A DNA stretch of 63,281 bases, the filler included, from Callorhinchus milii (taxonomy: Eukaryota), in NCBI RefSeq assembly GCF_018977255.1. It is 2 parts of 2 records of this genome, joined end to end, with 100 filler letters (N's around TTAATTAATTAA, not from the genome) between each part and the next. Parts side by side here need not be neighbours in the genome. Positions count along the whole stretch, not along the records: positions 31,699 to 63,281 come from NW_024705614.1; 1 more part is not named here. One strand, 5' to 3'. How positions within the stretch are numbered: the stretch's first letter is position 1; each line of letters starts with the position of its first letter. Below the pieces are notes generated by a model that searched no databases, was not told the origin of the DNA, and saw nothing but the letters and a program-made list of their open reading frames with translations. Shown in pieces: positions 50,404-63,281 of the stretch. The position numbers were made by a program, and so were the translations under genes.

Positions 50404-53400
50404 TGTTGTATCCTAACCCTTCTTCCATAATTGAGATTAATAATATTTGATGATTTTTATATATTATCTTTTTACTTGTTTTTTTTAATGAGTGAAACAC
50501 ACCAAAGCGCACCAAACTGCAAAACACCAGGTGTTGTTAAGTAATGAACGAGAGGAGGGCTAGGATGACAGAATTGCAACCTTGCTTCAAGGCAAAGGCA
50601 GTGAAAGAAAGCAAAGGCGCCTTTGTCTAAGTCATAACCACAGAAAGCCAGGAATCATCACTGATTGTGTGTTAGGGATTCCGAGCTAATTAGAACACGT
50701 GCACACAGGAAGGGAGGGCAGCTGAGGAAACAAAGATAAACCCAAAGAGGCCTTGGACCTGAAATTAAGAATAACATTCCCAGAGCAGAAGGTTGGAGGG
50801 ACAGGGGAGAGCTGATTTAAAAAAATGTTGTATATCTCTCAAGGCGGGCAGACCCAGCTGAACAACACGGCTGCGGGGGTCACCAGAAGTTCGCATTCGC
50901 CTAGTTAAGACAAAAAGCTCAATTATTCTGTATTGCTATTAAAGTAACGTTAAAGTCGGAATTTAACAACAGGGTAGGCTAAAGTTATTGATATTCACAC
51001 CCACTCCAATTAAACCAGGCCACAAGTTACGCCTACTGAACCATCACCATCATTAAGTCAATATGAAATGTTATTTCCATACTTTAATACTTTCTATACA
51101 ACTCGACCCGAAGCATATGACAATCAGAACCTTCCTAAGTCAAAATTGAATCGCACCCAGACAGGAGCGAATAGTCGATATAAGGTTGACGAGGGAAGGA
51201 AATTAAGAGCACGGCGAACTGCAAACGTAAGCAAAAAGCCGGGAACAACACCAGCCAGCAACAGCGAGTGGGGCTTCGACAGGCCATAAAGTAGAATAAT
51301 AACTCCCGGGGTCAGGGGACACAAGAAGAAGCAGGCAGACAAAAACCAGAACTGACTCCAAGGTTCAACCGCCCTCACCTACTCAGGAGTGACGGAAATT
51401 AATGAGGCCTTGAATAACGGCCAGCTGGATGGGCAACAACAACGGCGAGCAGAGATAGGGTGGGGCAAAGACTGCGGGCTATGAAATACAACTTCGTGTC
51501 AGTAAAGCTCTGACAAACAAGTTAAGTTAAAGACATCACAATACATAATATCGTACATAGCATCAATGTTAACGCTATTCACCGTAAACTATATTCCGCT
51601 TATATAACCATGCAGGCACCAAGGAATACGAATTCCTAGGATCAAGAAACTTACCCCTTAACCTAAGATATCGGAAATAAATTAATAGTAATAAGTATAT
51701 GCATGAAAAGACAAAAGTAAAACTTATGGAAAAGCCAGGATAACGGGATGAATCACCACCAGGTCGAATATAATACATAATAAAAAAAACGATGTTAAAC
51801 CCAGGGTCGGAGAGAAAGGGAGATCCCGGCCGTCTTTGTATCCCCGCAGCGCGGGATAGGAGTGTGTATACGCTCGGGGAAACACCTCCACTGGAGTCAA
51901 GCACCACGATGGGAAACGACAGACCTTAGGTTACATACAGAATCATAACTGTGAAATAGTAAGGGACAAATGTTAACTTAAAACTTTTTAACCATTTCTT
52001 TGTGCGCCGGGTCGGAGAGAGTGTTGCCCCTCCCTCCAGGTTGTGCAACACGAACAAAGACGCCTATGAGACGATTTGTAACGTCTGTGTTTTGGGTTCA
52101 TGAAGAAGGCCAGACAAGAGATAAATTGCACCCAGACAGAGAGACGACTTCGAGGCAATTTGTAACATCTGGTTGTTTGCTCGTGGGTTTTATGGAGGGA
52201 GTGTGACAACGGAATATACCGTCAGTGATGCACACAAGGACACACGGACGTACGGACACACACATGGACACACCTGCCTACGGACAGATCCTGACACAGC
52301 AAAAATCGGAAGCCCCGCCTTGTGGGCGGGATCCAGGGGGATTTTTCGGCATAAAGGAACGGATCCTGAGCATTGGAAACCAGTGCGACGGGAGGGTCCA
52401 CTCAGAAGCTCGACCGGGAGGGTCGACTCAGGAACGAGTGCGACCAGTGGGTCCACTCAGGAGCGCGACCAGCGGGTCCACTCAGGAGTGCGACCAGAGG
52501 GTCGACTCAGGAGCGAGCTGCGACCAGCGGGTCGGCTCGACTCATCTTCAGCTCGTCAACCTCTGCCGCCGGAGGTCTCTGCTGCCGCCGGAGTGGTGAT
52601 CGTTGCGGTTTGGCGACGATCCAGCGCTGCACGCTACGAGCGAGTTGTGGGCGCCACCTACCGACCGGGTTCCGAACTGCGACAGCGTATCAACAGCCAT
52701 CCGAACCACCACGGTGACAGGGGATCGACTGATACGTATGACGCGCACCGCCCCCTCACCACACGACCACCAGGCGTCTGTTTGACCTAAAGAATCGACT
52801 CCGAACACTGACTATTCAAGACAACTCTTACCACTCAAAACACTCGAACCCATAAGCCATCCGTGGCTGGAAAGCATCACAACGAGACCGAGTGATGGCC
52901 CTCCGTCTCTTATAAGAGTATTCTTAATTTTTATCTTTAATATTTAGTGGGCTGTACTCTTAATCGCATAAATTCCCAACAGATCCATCAATACGAACTG
53001 ATTCTTGGCACCTCCTTCCGCCGAGCCACGCTCACGTGGGGAGTGGTGGCCCACCGGACCCTTATCAGGTGATCTGGTCCCCAATTAGTAAACTTGGTAT
53101 AAGATAACGATCTTCGGAAAAGGAGCACCGTCGCAGGCCCTTACTCCGAGCCGTTCTGTGTCAGATAACCTGCCGATGTATCTGTTGAGATTGGTGCCTT
53201 TAAGAATAATAACTGTTTTGATTGTTTTTTTTTATCGCCGTATAATCTTTCAAGTATCTTTCAGTCATAATCGCCGCACGTACTCGCATCCTCTACAGAA
53301 TATTCAACTGTTCCGTGACCCAAGGTGTTAACAACGTGATAAGGGTTGCGTATGATCAATAAGGAGTGCGGTACTGCGTGAACAATATTGAGTATAATCA

Positions 53401-54011
53401 TTCATTAACGTTAAGGTTTTCTTAGCATAGTATTTGCATGTTTTAACGACTCTCTCTCTCACTAAGAACCATCGCGTTATGCGGGATCCATGTGCCGTTG
53501 TCAAAGTGAAATCAGACAATCGTTGATGATACTGTATTGATGCCGTATTGACGTTCCGGGATTGAGAGTTCGCATACTATATCATAGTTAAGGTTGAATT
53601 AGTAATAAATTGATCAATACAGAAGTGGTTGTGTGATTCTTTCCTGAAATCTATGCATAAGATCTGCTTCTGCGTTGAGATTTGAACTTGGTGACCTTAA
53701 TAAACACACTAATACATACTCAGTAAATGTTAAAGCGATAACGGGGTGAACCGGGGTCTGGTTATCATAACGACTTGCATTATCATAATTAAACCCACTC
53801 GCATAATTAATACGATTACCTCTTGAATTGGCATAATTAAAATGTGCGTAATTACATAAATTAACATATTTCCGGATAATTACACATTTGGCCAAATTTC
53901 ATTTAATTATTATTATTTCCACTGAATATTCATAACCCACATATACAACATAATAATTTCACCCACGCACGCATACAACATAACAAATTTTCATAACCAA
54001 CATATACAACA
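50404..54011 (+). repeat. LTR 3 (3,608 bp)
   Basis: TGTTGTAT...ATACAACA; followed by microsatellite, not by a PBS. Confidence 0.9.
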
Positions 54012-55395
54012 CCACCACCATCACCACCACCATCACACCATCACCACCACCATCAGCAACATCAGCAACACCATCAGCAACATCAGCAACACCATCACCA
54101 CCATCACCACCACCATCACCATCACCACCATCACCACCACCATCACCACCATCACCACCATCATCACCACCACCATCACCACCATCACCACCATCAGCAA
54201 CATCACCACCACCATCACCATCACCACCATCACCATCACCACCATCACAACCACCATCAGCAACATCACCACCACCATCACCACCATCAGCAACATCAGC
54301 AACACCATCACCACCATCACCACCACCACCATCACCACCATCACCACCATCAGCAACATCACCACCACCATCACCACCATCACCATCACCACATCACCAC
54401 CACCATCAGCAACATCACCACCACCATCACCACCATCAGCAACATCAGCAACACCATCACCACCATCACCACCACCACCATCACCACCATCACCAACATC
54501 ACCACCACCATCACCACCACCAACACCACCACTACCACCATCAGCACCAACAACACCACCATCACCCCACCATCACCACCACCATCACCACCATCACACC
54601 ATCACCATCAGCAACATCACCACCATCAGCAACATCAGCAACATCAGCAACACCATCACCACCATCACAATCATCACCACCACCATCATAATCATCACCA
54701 CCACCACCACCATCAGCATCATCACCACCACCATCACCAACATCATCATCATCATCACCACCATCACACCATCATCACCACCATCACCACCACCACCACC
54801 ACCGTCACCACCATCACCACACCATCACCACCATCAGCAACATCAGCAACACCATCACCACCACCATCACCACCATCACTACCATCACCACCACCATCAC
54901 CACTATCACCACCACCATCAGCAACATCACCACCACCATCCTCAACATCAGCAACACCATCACCACCATCACCACCATCAACACCATCACCACCACCATC
55001 ACCCCATCACTACCATCACCACCACCATCACCACCATCAGCAACATCACCACCACCATCACCACCATCACCACCACCATCACCACATCAGCAACATCACC
55101 ACCACCATCACCACCATCACCACCACCATCACCACCATCACCACCATCAGCAACATCACCACCACCATCACCACCATCAGCAACACCATCACACCATCAC
55201 CACCACCATCACCACCATCAGCAACATCACCACCACCATCACCACCATCACCATCACCACCACCACCATCACCACCATCACCACCACCATCACCACCATC
55301 AGCAACATCACCACCACCATCACCACCATCACCACCACCATCACCACCACCACCATCACCACCATCACCACCACCACCATCACCACCATCAGCAG
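54012..55395. repeat. (CAC/CAT/CAG/CAA)n trinucleotide-type repeat
   Basis: Read directly. Confidence 0.95.
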
Positions 55396-55469
55396 CGAGC
55401 GGCAGCCATGGTCAATCTGCTGCTGGATGAAAGACCTCCCCCACCCAAAGTCTCTCACGTGCAGCAGGG

Positions 55470-55740
55470 ATATCGTCAGTGCAGGGAGTCCTTCACCCAG
55501 CAGTGGATAGACAACGACTCGTGATGATGATGATGTGTACACTGTGTGTACACTGTGTGTACACTGTGTGTGTGTTAGTAATGTGTGCAAGGTGAGACAC
55601 GTAGCGGTGAGGTCAGTTCATGTGCAAGCAGCCCCCATCGGGTGTGGCATCACGGGATCATGGGGGATGGTGACGGTGTTCTGGAGTCATTCACCCAGTA
55701 ATGGATAGAACATGTCTTGCTGATGACGTTGATGATGATG
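55470..55740 (+). mobile_element. Two short 3' tail fragments of an RTE-like LINE
   Basis: ttcacccagcagtggataga (ESFTQQWID) followed by (TGA)n at ~55492-55534, and a similar copy at ~55690-55740. Resembles RTE-clade 3' ends. Confidence 0.4.
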
Positions 55741-56198
55741 TGTATATTTTTAAGTGATGTGTTCACCTTTACTATACTATGCACGCCTATCGTGTTTGTG
55801 TATTTCGTGTTTGTTGCAACGTTCTGACCCCCTGCCCCGACTGGATTTCTGTGGGGTTAAAAGAGCTTTAAGAGCTCATCGGATTTCTCCTGCAGTTTAA
55901 ATAAATATTCTGATTCTTGGAGTTTCCTTTGTTTGTATCTTATTCGCTCAACTTGCCCGCGACTGCACCACGTCACGGTGAGAACGACACGAGCGCTTGA
56001 TTCATTTCCGTTTGTTGTCAACCTTGATTCTTCGCAACGAGTTGCACCGTACGGCCGTAATGAGGCGGAGATTCTGCAACAGCGGCGGCTCGCTCGACTC
56101 GATTCACCCTCAACCCACAACTAGCCAACACAAAGTGCTCGTGCCGCAGAATGAAGAACACCGTCACCTTTGCTGATCTCAAGTGTCACGGCGTTAAA

Positions 56199-56785
56199 CC
56201 ACCACCACCATTATCACCATAACCACTACCATCACCACCATCACCACCATCATCACCACCATCACCATCATCACCATCACCACCATCATCACCACCAACA
56301 TCACCATCACCACCATCACCACCACCACCACCATCATCACCATCACCACCATCACCACCACCATCACCACTACCATCATCACCATCATCACCACCACCAT
56401 CTCCATCACCACCATCGTCACCACCACCACCATCACCACCACCATCACCACCATCATCACCATCACCACCATCATCACCATCACCACCACCACCATCACC
56501 ATCACCACCATCGCCACCATCACCACCACCATCACCACCATCATCACCACCACCACCACCACCATCACCACCACCACCACCACTACCATCATCACCATCA
56601 TCACCATCATCATCATCACCACCACCACCATTATCACCATCACCACCATCATCACCACCACCATCACCACCATCACCACCACCATCACACCATCACCACC
56701 ACCACCATCATCACCACCATCACCACCATCACCACCACCATCACACCACCATCACCATCACCACCACCATCACCACCATCACCAC
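56199..56785. repeat. (CAC/CAT)n trinucleotide repeat
   Basis: Read directly. Confidence 0.95.
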
Positions 56786-57395
56786 TAAATGGGGATTTAG
56801 CTACAGCAACAGCCGAACACATTCGTGGTCAGTGAGCTTGGAATGAAGCCAGTCAGTTCATAAGTGATGGCCCATTTCCTTCATCCGCCTTCCTAATGTC
56901 TGGAGGGCTAACACAGGGCAACAGTATTCGCAGTGAAACACTCGGATCGGGACTCCAACCGAGTTGCTCTGAGGTTTGAGAGCAATGGGCTGTGGGTATC
57001 AAACAACAATCATTCAAAAGATCTCTACATCGCGTTAGGTGTCTCCTTGCTCAAATTAGTCTGGGCCAGTGCTCATCTCGTTTGGTGGCCCTCAGTGAAT
57101 CGAGGAAATTCCACATTCATATGACGAGGACCATTCAGTCCATAAGACAGCCACGGATAACCGATGAACACTGACTATGATCTGAACTTACGGCATTAAA
57201 ATTGTGAGTTGAGGACTTGCTTAACCACCCACATCCAGCTGGCAAGATATGTATGTACATATGTGTAAGTATCCATGATGGAGGTGTTTTGGGTTAGATC
57301 GCGCAAATATATAAATGTTGTGTCGTTAAACCCGCCACCACCCGACACAGCCAACTCGTAAGGGTTGTCACGTCAACAGAACGTTCCAATTCGTC

Positions 57396-57700
57396 ACTAG
57401 TACAGCACTAGTGTACAGTGTAGTGTATAGTGTAGTGTATAGTGTAGTGTATAGTGTAGTATACTAGTACAGCACTAGTGTATAGTGTAGTGTATAGTGT
57501 AGTATACTAGTACAGCACTAGTGTATAGTGTAGTGTATAGTGTAGTATACTAGTACAGCACTAGTGTAGTGTATAGTGTAGTGTATAGTGTAGTGTATAG
57601 TGTAGTTATAGTGTAGTGTATAGTGTAGTGTATAGTGTAGTATACTAGTACAGCACTAGTGTATAGTGTAGTGTATAGTGTAGTATACTAGTACAGCACT
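57396..57700. repeat. (GTGTATAGTGTA)n microsatellite punctuated by ACTAGTACAGCACTAGT
   Basis: Read directly. Confidence 0.9.
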
Positions 57701-59410
57701 AACCGCTGTGTTGGAGAGCCAAGCCACAACATTTACAATCTGAGTACGACGTTTTGCCAGTAATTACAACTAGCTTCATCAGGCGACAGCCAGATTTGTG
57801 GAGAAGTCTTACTGTTTCGTTCCTTATATAGAGGTGGAGATGTGGTGACCACGCTTCTGCATGATGCATGCGCATTATGCGAGCCCTTTGAATTTGTCCT
57901 TCCCGTCTATTGTGTGTATTAAAATAGCCGTACCAACAGTAATCCCTATTGAAGTATGCTGCCCTTTGTAGGCATGCATTTAAATAATGTATTATTTGAT
58001 TATTTCTTCCACGCAGCACTAGGCGGTAGCTATCCGAACGGTTAACTTATTTTTATTTCTTTAAATTTCGATATATTCTCTAATTAGTCTTGGCCAGTAG
58101 CAGCTAGTTTTGCACAGAACTTCAACATTATCAAAATCAATTGAGTGTCTTTGTTGGCACGCGTGTTCTGCTACTGCTGACATTTGTATTGTGGAGAATA
58201 GAATATTTATCTGATGTTATTTTAGTCTCGTGCTGATCATTCGTCCTGTTTGCCCAACGTAACATTTGCCACACGTGCAGTTAATCTTGTACACACTTTC
58301 TGTTTATAGCTTCAGGAATACATATTTTGTACCAGATATTAATTTCTGTATTTTATGTACCGTGCCAAATCTGACTTGGATGTTTTGTTTTTCCAAACAT
58401 CTGGCTAGTTTATCAACTACTCCCGCAATGTGCGGTATTTTGATCGTTTTAATGACTTGGGCAGTTTCAATGCTCGTGTTATTTTATTTGGTTTTGGCTT
58501 TCAATGCCCTGTTGATTTGTGCATCACTGTAACCGTTCATTTGCAACGCTTTTTTTACATGTTCAATTTCACTTCTCAGACTGTCACCATCTGACACTTT
58601 CTTAGCTCGACGGATGAGCATCTTGATAAGAGCAGATTTCTGTGCGGGGTGATGGTGTGACTGCATTCAGATATGCGTCTGTATGCGTTTTCTTTCGGTA
58701 AACACTGTGTGTTGTTTTACCATTTCGACCCCGTCCGAGCAGAATATCCAGAAATGGTGAGTTCTGTCAGCTTCCACTTCCATGGTGAACTGGATGGATG
58801 GGTTTTACGAGTTAAGATGATTTAGAAATGCGTTCAGTGTATCTTTGCCGTGTGGCCAGACCACCAATGTTTCATCCACATATCTAAACCAAGCAGATGG
58901 TTTGAGTATGCTTGAAGCTATTGCTGTTGTTTCTAAATCTTCCATGTACAAATTCGCTATCACAGGAGACAAAGGAGAGCCCATTGCTGCTCCTTCTTTT
59001 TGTTTATAGAAGTCACCTTGCCACAAGAAATAGGTGTTCTTTAGACAGTGTTCAGCTAGTCTTCGGATATCTTTGGCTAAACGTTTGTTCGTTACCAGTG
59101 TCGAGTAATTTAATTAACCTGTTGACCGGAACCCTCGTGAACAGAGAAGTCACATCAAAACTTACGAGAATATCATTAGGGTTAAGCTTAATATCTTTGA
59201 TTATATTTACGAGATGTTCAGAGTTTTTGATGAACGAAGAGGTCCTATCGATGTAGGTCTGTATTTGTTTCGTTACGTATTGTGCTAATTTGTACGTGGC
59301 AGAGCCTATTGTACTAACTATGGGTCTTAATGAGACATCAGGTTTGTGAATTTTTGGTAGCCCATAAAGTCTTGGTGGTTTCGATGCCCTTGGTTTGATC
59401 AGGTATTGCT
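57701..59410 (-). mobile_element. Decayed, 5'-truncated Penelope-like retroelement (RT plus GIY-YIG endonuclease)
   Basis: PRLYGLPKIHK..RPIVS, SFDVTSLFT, GAAMGSPLSP, WFRYVDE, SHHHP, and VYKINCTCGKCYVGQTGR at ~58300-58241. Broken by stops and frameshifts; boundaries approximate. Confidence 0.9.
57735..57799 (-). ncRNA. Degenerate minimal type I hammerhead ribozyme of a Penelope-like element
   Basis: Minus strand: CUGAUGA-A-GCUAGU-loop-ACUGGC-AAAA-CGUC, with flanking AAUCUG/CAGAUU pairing. The GAAA core reads AAAA. Confidence 0.65.
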
Positions 59411-59477
59411 CTATTCGGGATGACATTGGTCGCGACAGCCGACGTGCTAAACACGTGTTAGTGTGTCGAACTACGGG

Positions 59478-59650
59478 GAGCGGAAGTGTCGCGGTTAGCA
59501 CGCTGCGCTACGGCCAACATCAGCGACGATTATCTGAAACCAGTCCTGGGCCCCCGCTAGGTCGACTCAGCCTAAAATGAGTACCTGGTGTGGTGTGTAA
59601 ACATCGCTACTCGGGAGACAAGGGCGGATGGGTGTGGCCACCACCCGCTC
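59478..59650 (+). mobile_element. Possible tRNA-derived SINE remnant
   Basis: tRNA-like gcggttagcacgct followed by gtcgactcagcctaaaatgagtacctgg, resembling a conserved metazoan SINE central domain. Confidence 0.3.
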
Positions 59651-60531
59651 GTGTGCCGTTCTCGCCTTCATAGGTGCTCGCTAACAGCACTTGGCCCAAA
59701 AGTCTGTTAGAGCTATACGGGGGATCTTTATTTTTCGTTTGGTATGTTGAACTTCTTTTGCGCTGTACGTAGCCAACCGCGCTAATCAGATGTGCGGGGG
59801 AAGGACAACAAACTAAACACAAAACAATGAGTTCTAAACCTGCAGAGTAGAGTCACCGATGCTCATATCTGTAAAGGGTGCTACTGAAGAGGCTGTGCCA
59901 TGCAAGTAAAACATTGCGTCTCATTGTCAGAACTGAGATCGCACATTTTGAAACGTGCTCACAATCTGGAACGAGCCGGGTGTGGGTGGCGGCATATATG
60001 CACTCCAACAACTTAGGAGACAGGCATTTGATGGATACATTTAGGGATGATATCCATCATGTTGACGAATCACTTGCACATTGCCACGATACGGGAGAGT
60101 CTCTCCACAGGGCAGTCACTGTTGACTTCCAACGATAGGATTCATGTGAACGATGGGCTTAGCTCACTCCCAAACCCGATTTGAATTTGCAACTATTAAA
60201 GAGTGTAAAGTTGAATGCTTTTAAGCGGAGTTGTGGGGGTCGCTAGCCCCCGAGATCCCTCCCTCAATAATGCTAACGGCCGGGCTAGCATCATCAATCG
60301 CCCCCCCGCTGCTAAGCGAACCGCTGCTAAGTTCCTCACCCATGGTGTGGGAGCCGTCGCCCGAGGATTCCCCTCCACCGCGGGTCCGCGTAGCAGGCAT
60401 GGTTAATTACGTACGCGCACACCCACACACACAGCTCTGCACGGCACTCACTCTTGCGCCGCTCTGCGCCGCGCTGGCCGCTCACGTTACGATCGCGCAC
60501 CTGGGGTACGCCGATTTCGCACGACGAGAGC

Positions 60532-60734
60532 TTACGCACGTAACGAGCACACGCAAGCGGGGCACACGCCGACACAACGACTCAAGTTGCCGCCGCCGTG
60601 CGCGCGAGATAAACCGTACAACAATGCGCAGCCGATTACGCGCTCGAGCCGCGGGGCTGGGGGTCAGGAACTCACCACCGCGCCGCACTTTACGCACGTA
60701 ACGAGCACACGCAAGCGGGGCACACGCCGACACA
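60532..60734 (+). repeat. 45-bp perfect direct repeat (60532-60576 and 60690-60734)
   Basis: ttacgcacgtaacgagcacacgcaagcggggcacacgccgacaca occurs twice. Probably part of the Gypsy 3' region or LTR. Confidence 0.9.
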
Positions 60735-61583
60735 CAAAAGTGCTCTCCCCTGGCGTTAACACACACACCTCCGTACCCGTACCATTGTACGGAGACCACG
60801 GCCTTTACGCATACAACGACCACACACCCGCGAATGCAGTGCACGCTAATACCACGTTCAAAAACACCCAACAACACGGTTTTGTTACTACGCTCGAGAT
60901 TGTATTAACCTTGTTAACCCACCGAGCCACCCGTGTGTGTACGAGCCAGCAAGGCGCTTCCAACCCACTCTCTAGTGGCGTGCAGCCCTATTCTATGCTG
61001 CGCTTTCTGTTACACCGTTTTCCTACTCGTCCTTACCCCGAACTAACCTTCTCCTACGGATCCTACTCTCCGCTCTGAGGTGTTGTAAGGCGCGTAATAC
61101 GATACCGTCTGTAGTCCTAGGTGACCTTGCGGCGCTCAGGTCGTCCTGCAGACGATCCTGCGGCTCGCCCGATGACTCCCTCGTCGTTGACCCCGTGTCA
61201 CTACTCCAGAAGAAGAGAGTCCCCTACTGCCCCTGCGTTTCTTTTAAACTATCCACATCAAAGGCTAGGCGCCCCCGTCCCGACCGCCTTGGTCTCTCGA
61301 CCAATCCTGAGCCTAGGATTTCCCGCCCTTTTGCAATCCCGCCGGCCTTTAACCTTTTGGCTAAGCAGCAGCCCCGGGTCCTGATCCTAGCTATCTGCCT
61401 TGCTGACCCGTGTTTGTGTTTGTATGCGTTTCTAACTGCGGGGCTCTCTGAGCTCGCCGTGGTCGTGCGATCTCAAATCCGCCCACGGCGCCGCAGTGTT
61501 ACTTAGCCTGGGAAGGGTCCTGTCCAATTCCCTGGCCCTGAGAAACGTGGGGTAACCCCCCCGAGGGGGCCCTCGGGTGAAAC

Positions 61584-63281
61584 TCAGGGTAGGTGACCCG
61601 ACCACAAGGCCCTACGTGGGTGCGGGTGCGTGCTTATGTGGGGGGTGATGGGGGGCAGTGCAGTGGTGGAAGCCGGGCGGCTCCCTGGCTCGGCAGAGCG
61701 GCCCCGTCGTTGTGGCACCACATAGCCCCCGGGGTGCCAGTCCCCGTCCCGGGTTGACTGGAGCACCTCGCCTGGGTTGCCCCCACGAGGTATCGCCGCG
61801 GGGTCGCGGGATTCGCCCGGCCCTTGTGGCTGGCCTCGGGGGTGGCGGCTCCGTCTCCTGGGGCTCCGGCGGTGGTCTCCTCCTCCATTCCAACGGCTCC
61901 CCTCGGCCTCTGGCACCTGCGGGCTGGGGAACAAACTCAGAGGCGGTGGGGTTTAAGGGTCGCCGTCCACGTCGCGCCCCGCCCCGCCCGGGGCCCCTCG
62001 GAGCCCGGGGCTCCGTGGGGCCCATGTACTGCGCGAGGCCCCCGGGCACGGGGGTGGGGGGACCCCGGGGTTTCGGGGTACTTGGACGGCGGGGCTCCCC
62101 CCCTCGGGGCTGCTCGCCACGGCTTCAGTCGGCGGATGTTGACCACCATCTCCCGGCCCCTCTCTCCTCCCTGAATCAGCACCGTCCATGGTGAGATCTG
62201 CCGTCTCACAATCCAGGGTCCTCGCCAGTAGGTGGTCAGCTTTCCCACCTGTCCGGCACCGACGCGGGGAGTGTACAGCCACACCTCGAGCCAGCAGTGT
62301 AGAAAGGGGCTCCATATGGGGTCGGGCGCCCTGCTCTTGCCGCTGGTGCGCGGCCTCTCCGTGCGGGTAGGCTCGGCCCCTGGCCCCTCGCAGGATCTCC
62401 AGCAAGTGCTCCACGGGGTGGCTCCCTTCCTCCCGTTGCGGCGGAGGGACATCGAACAGCAGATCTGCGGGCAGGCGAGACTCGCGACCAAACATCATTA
62501 GGAACGGGGTCTGTCCTGTAGAGGTGTGAACGGCGGTGGTGTAGGCGAACAGGGCATAGGGAAGGTGTTCGTCCCAGTCCTGTTGATTCGCGGCCGCCAT
62601 GCGTTTAAGCTTCCCGGCCAGAGTCTGGTTCATCCTCTCTACCATCCCGTTCGCCTGGGCGTGATACGCCGTGGTTCGGTCCTTCTGGATCCCGAACTCT
62701 CGGCACAGCGCCTGAAATAGTTCGGCCTCGAATTCACTACCCTGGTCGGTAATGACTCGTTCGGGGATCCCGCACTTAAGTACGTAGTTTTCCACGAAGG
62801 CCCGGGCCACTACGAGGGCTGTTTTATCCGGGATAGCCACCGCCACGGGGTAGCGGGTGAAGTACTCCACCGCTACGAGAATATATCGGTTGCCCCGGTG
62901 GGATCGTGGAAAGGGCCCTGCAGGTCGATTCCGACCAACTGATTCGTCCGACTGACTCGGACGGCCTCAGGGGTACCTGGTACCTCGCCGGCTTTTGCCC
63001 ACACTGCTGACAGGCCCGGCAGCCCTGCACCCAGGCGGCCACATCTGCGCCAATTTGGGCCAGAGATACTGGCGACGCAGAGTCTCCCGGGTGCGCCGTT
63101 CCCCCATCATGGCCCCCGAGCGGGTGGTCGTGTACCAGTCGTAGTAGTTGGGGTCGCACATGGGCGGGAACGCAGATGCACCCCGGCTGCCCAGCATCGG
63201 CCAGTTCCCTCACCACCCCGTTTTCTACACACAACCGGGCATACAAACCGCTCCAGGGTCCTGGTAGGGCGCTCTTTTCCT
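61584..63281 (-). mobile_element. pol: Ty3/Gypsy pol fragment (integrase), frameshifted and cut by the window end
   Basis: H2C2 (HDHPLGGH...CRAC), core VEYFTRY / ITDQGSEF / YHAQANGMVERMN and a GPY/F-like WRGPW spread over several frames. Confidence 0.93.

Larger units (their letters stand above)
37023..54011 (+). mobile_element. Tandem non-autonomous LTR retroelement: LTR-gag-LTR-gag-LTR
   Basis: Three LTRs bounded by TGTTGTAT...ATACAACA and two near-identical 3.0-kb internal regions, each with a PBS, a gag-like ORF and a purine-rich tract. No PR, RT or IN motifs. Confidence 0.92.

Noticed and set aside
38001..53895. Small ORFs repeated within the LTRs and antisense to gag
   Set aside because: They recur only because the DNA is duplicated. 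Several change frame between copies and none has a recognisable motif.
54033..56835. Poly-His and poly-Met/Val ORFs
   Set aside because: Translations of (CAC/CAT)n repeats with frame-breaking indels.
60200..61580. Exact 3' LTR of the Gypsy element
   Set aside because: Probably present, but I could not fix TG...CA ends or a PPT boundary without the partner LTR.

Overview
The window is two separate contigs of nearly equal length (1-31598 and 31699-63281) joined by an artificial N/TTAATTAATTAA spacer. Contig 1 has no recognisable gene. It is one large palindrome: about 2,300 near-perfect copies of the 11-mer ATCCGGGCCAC, a G-rich linker and a 38-39 bp minisatellite, then the same three parts inverted about position ~27291. 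Contig 2 is repeat-rich animal DNA; the protein families point to a chordate or vertebrate, and the simple-repeat style is lamprey-like (inference only). It holds six minus-strand exons that I reconstructed by hand. They encode a class II cytokine-receptor ectodomain (two FN3 domains, one with a long acidic insertion) followed in matching intron phase by a CADM/CRTAM-like Ig domain, a Thr/Pro stalk and a hydrophobic tail; two 1-nt frameshifts and one stop interrupt this model. Next to them is a 17-kb tandem LTR-gag-LTR-gag-LTR element with 3.4-4 kb LTRs, a tRNA-Pro primer site and no pol. The rest is a decayed Penelope-like element with a degenerate hammerhead ribozyme, RTE/SINE remnants, a Gypsy integrase fragment and microsatellites. 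All family assignments come from motif recognition, not database searches.
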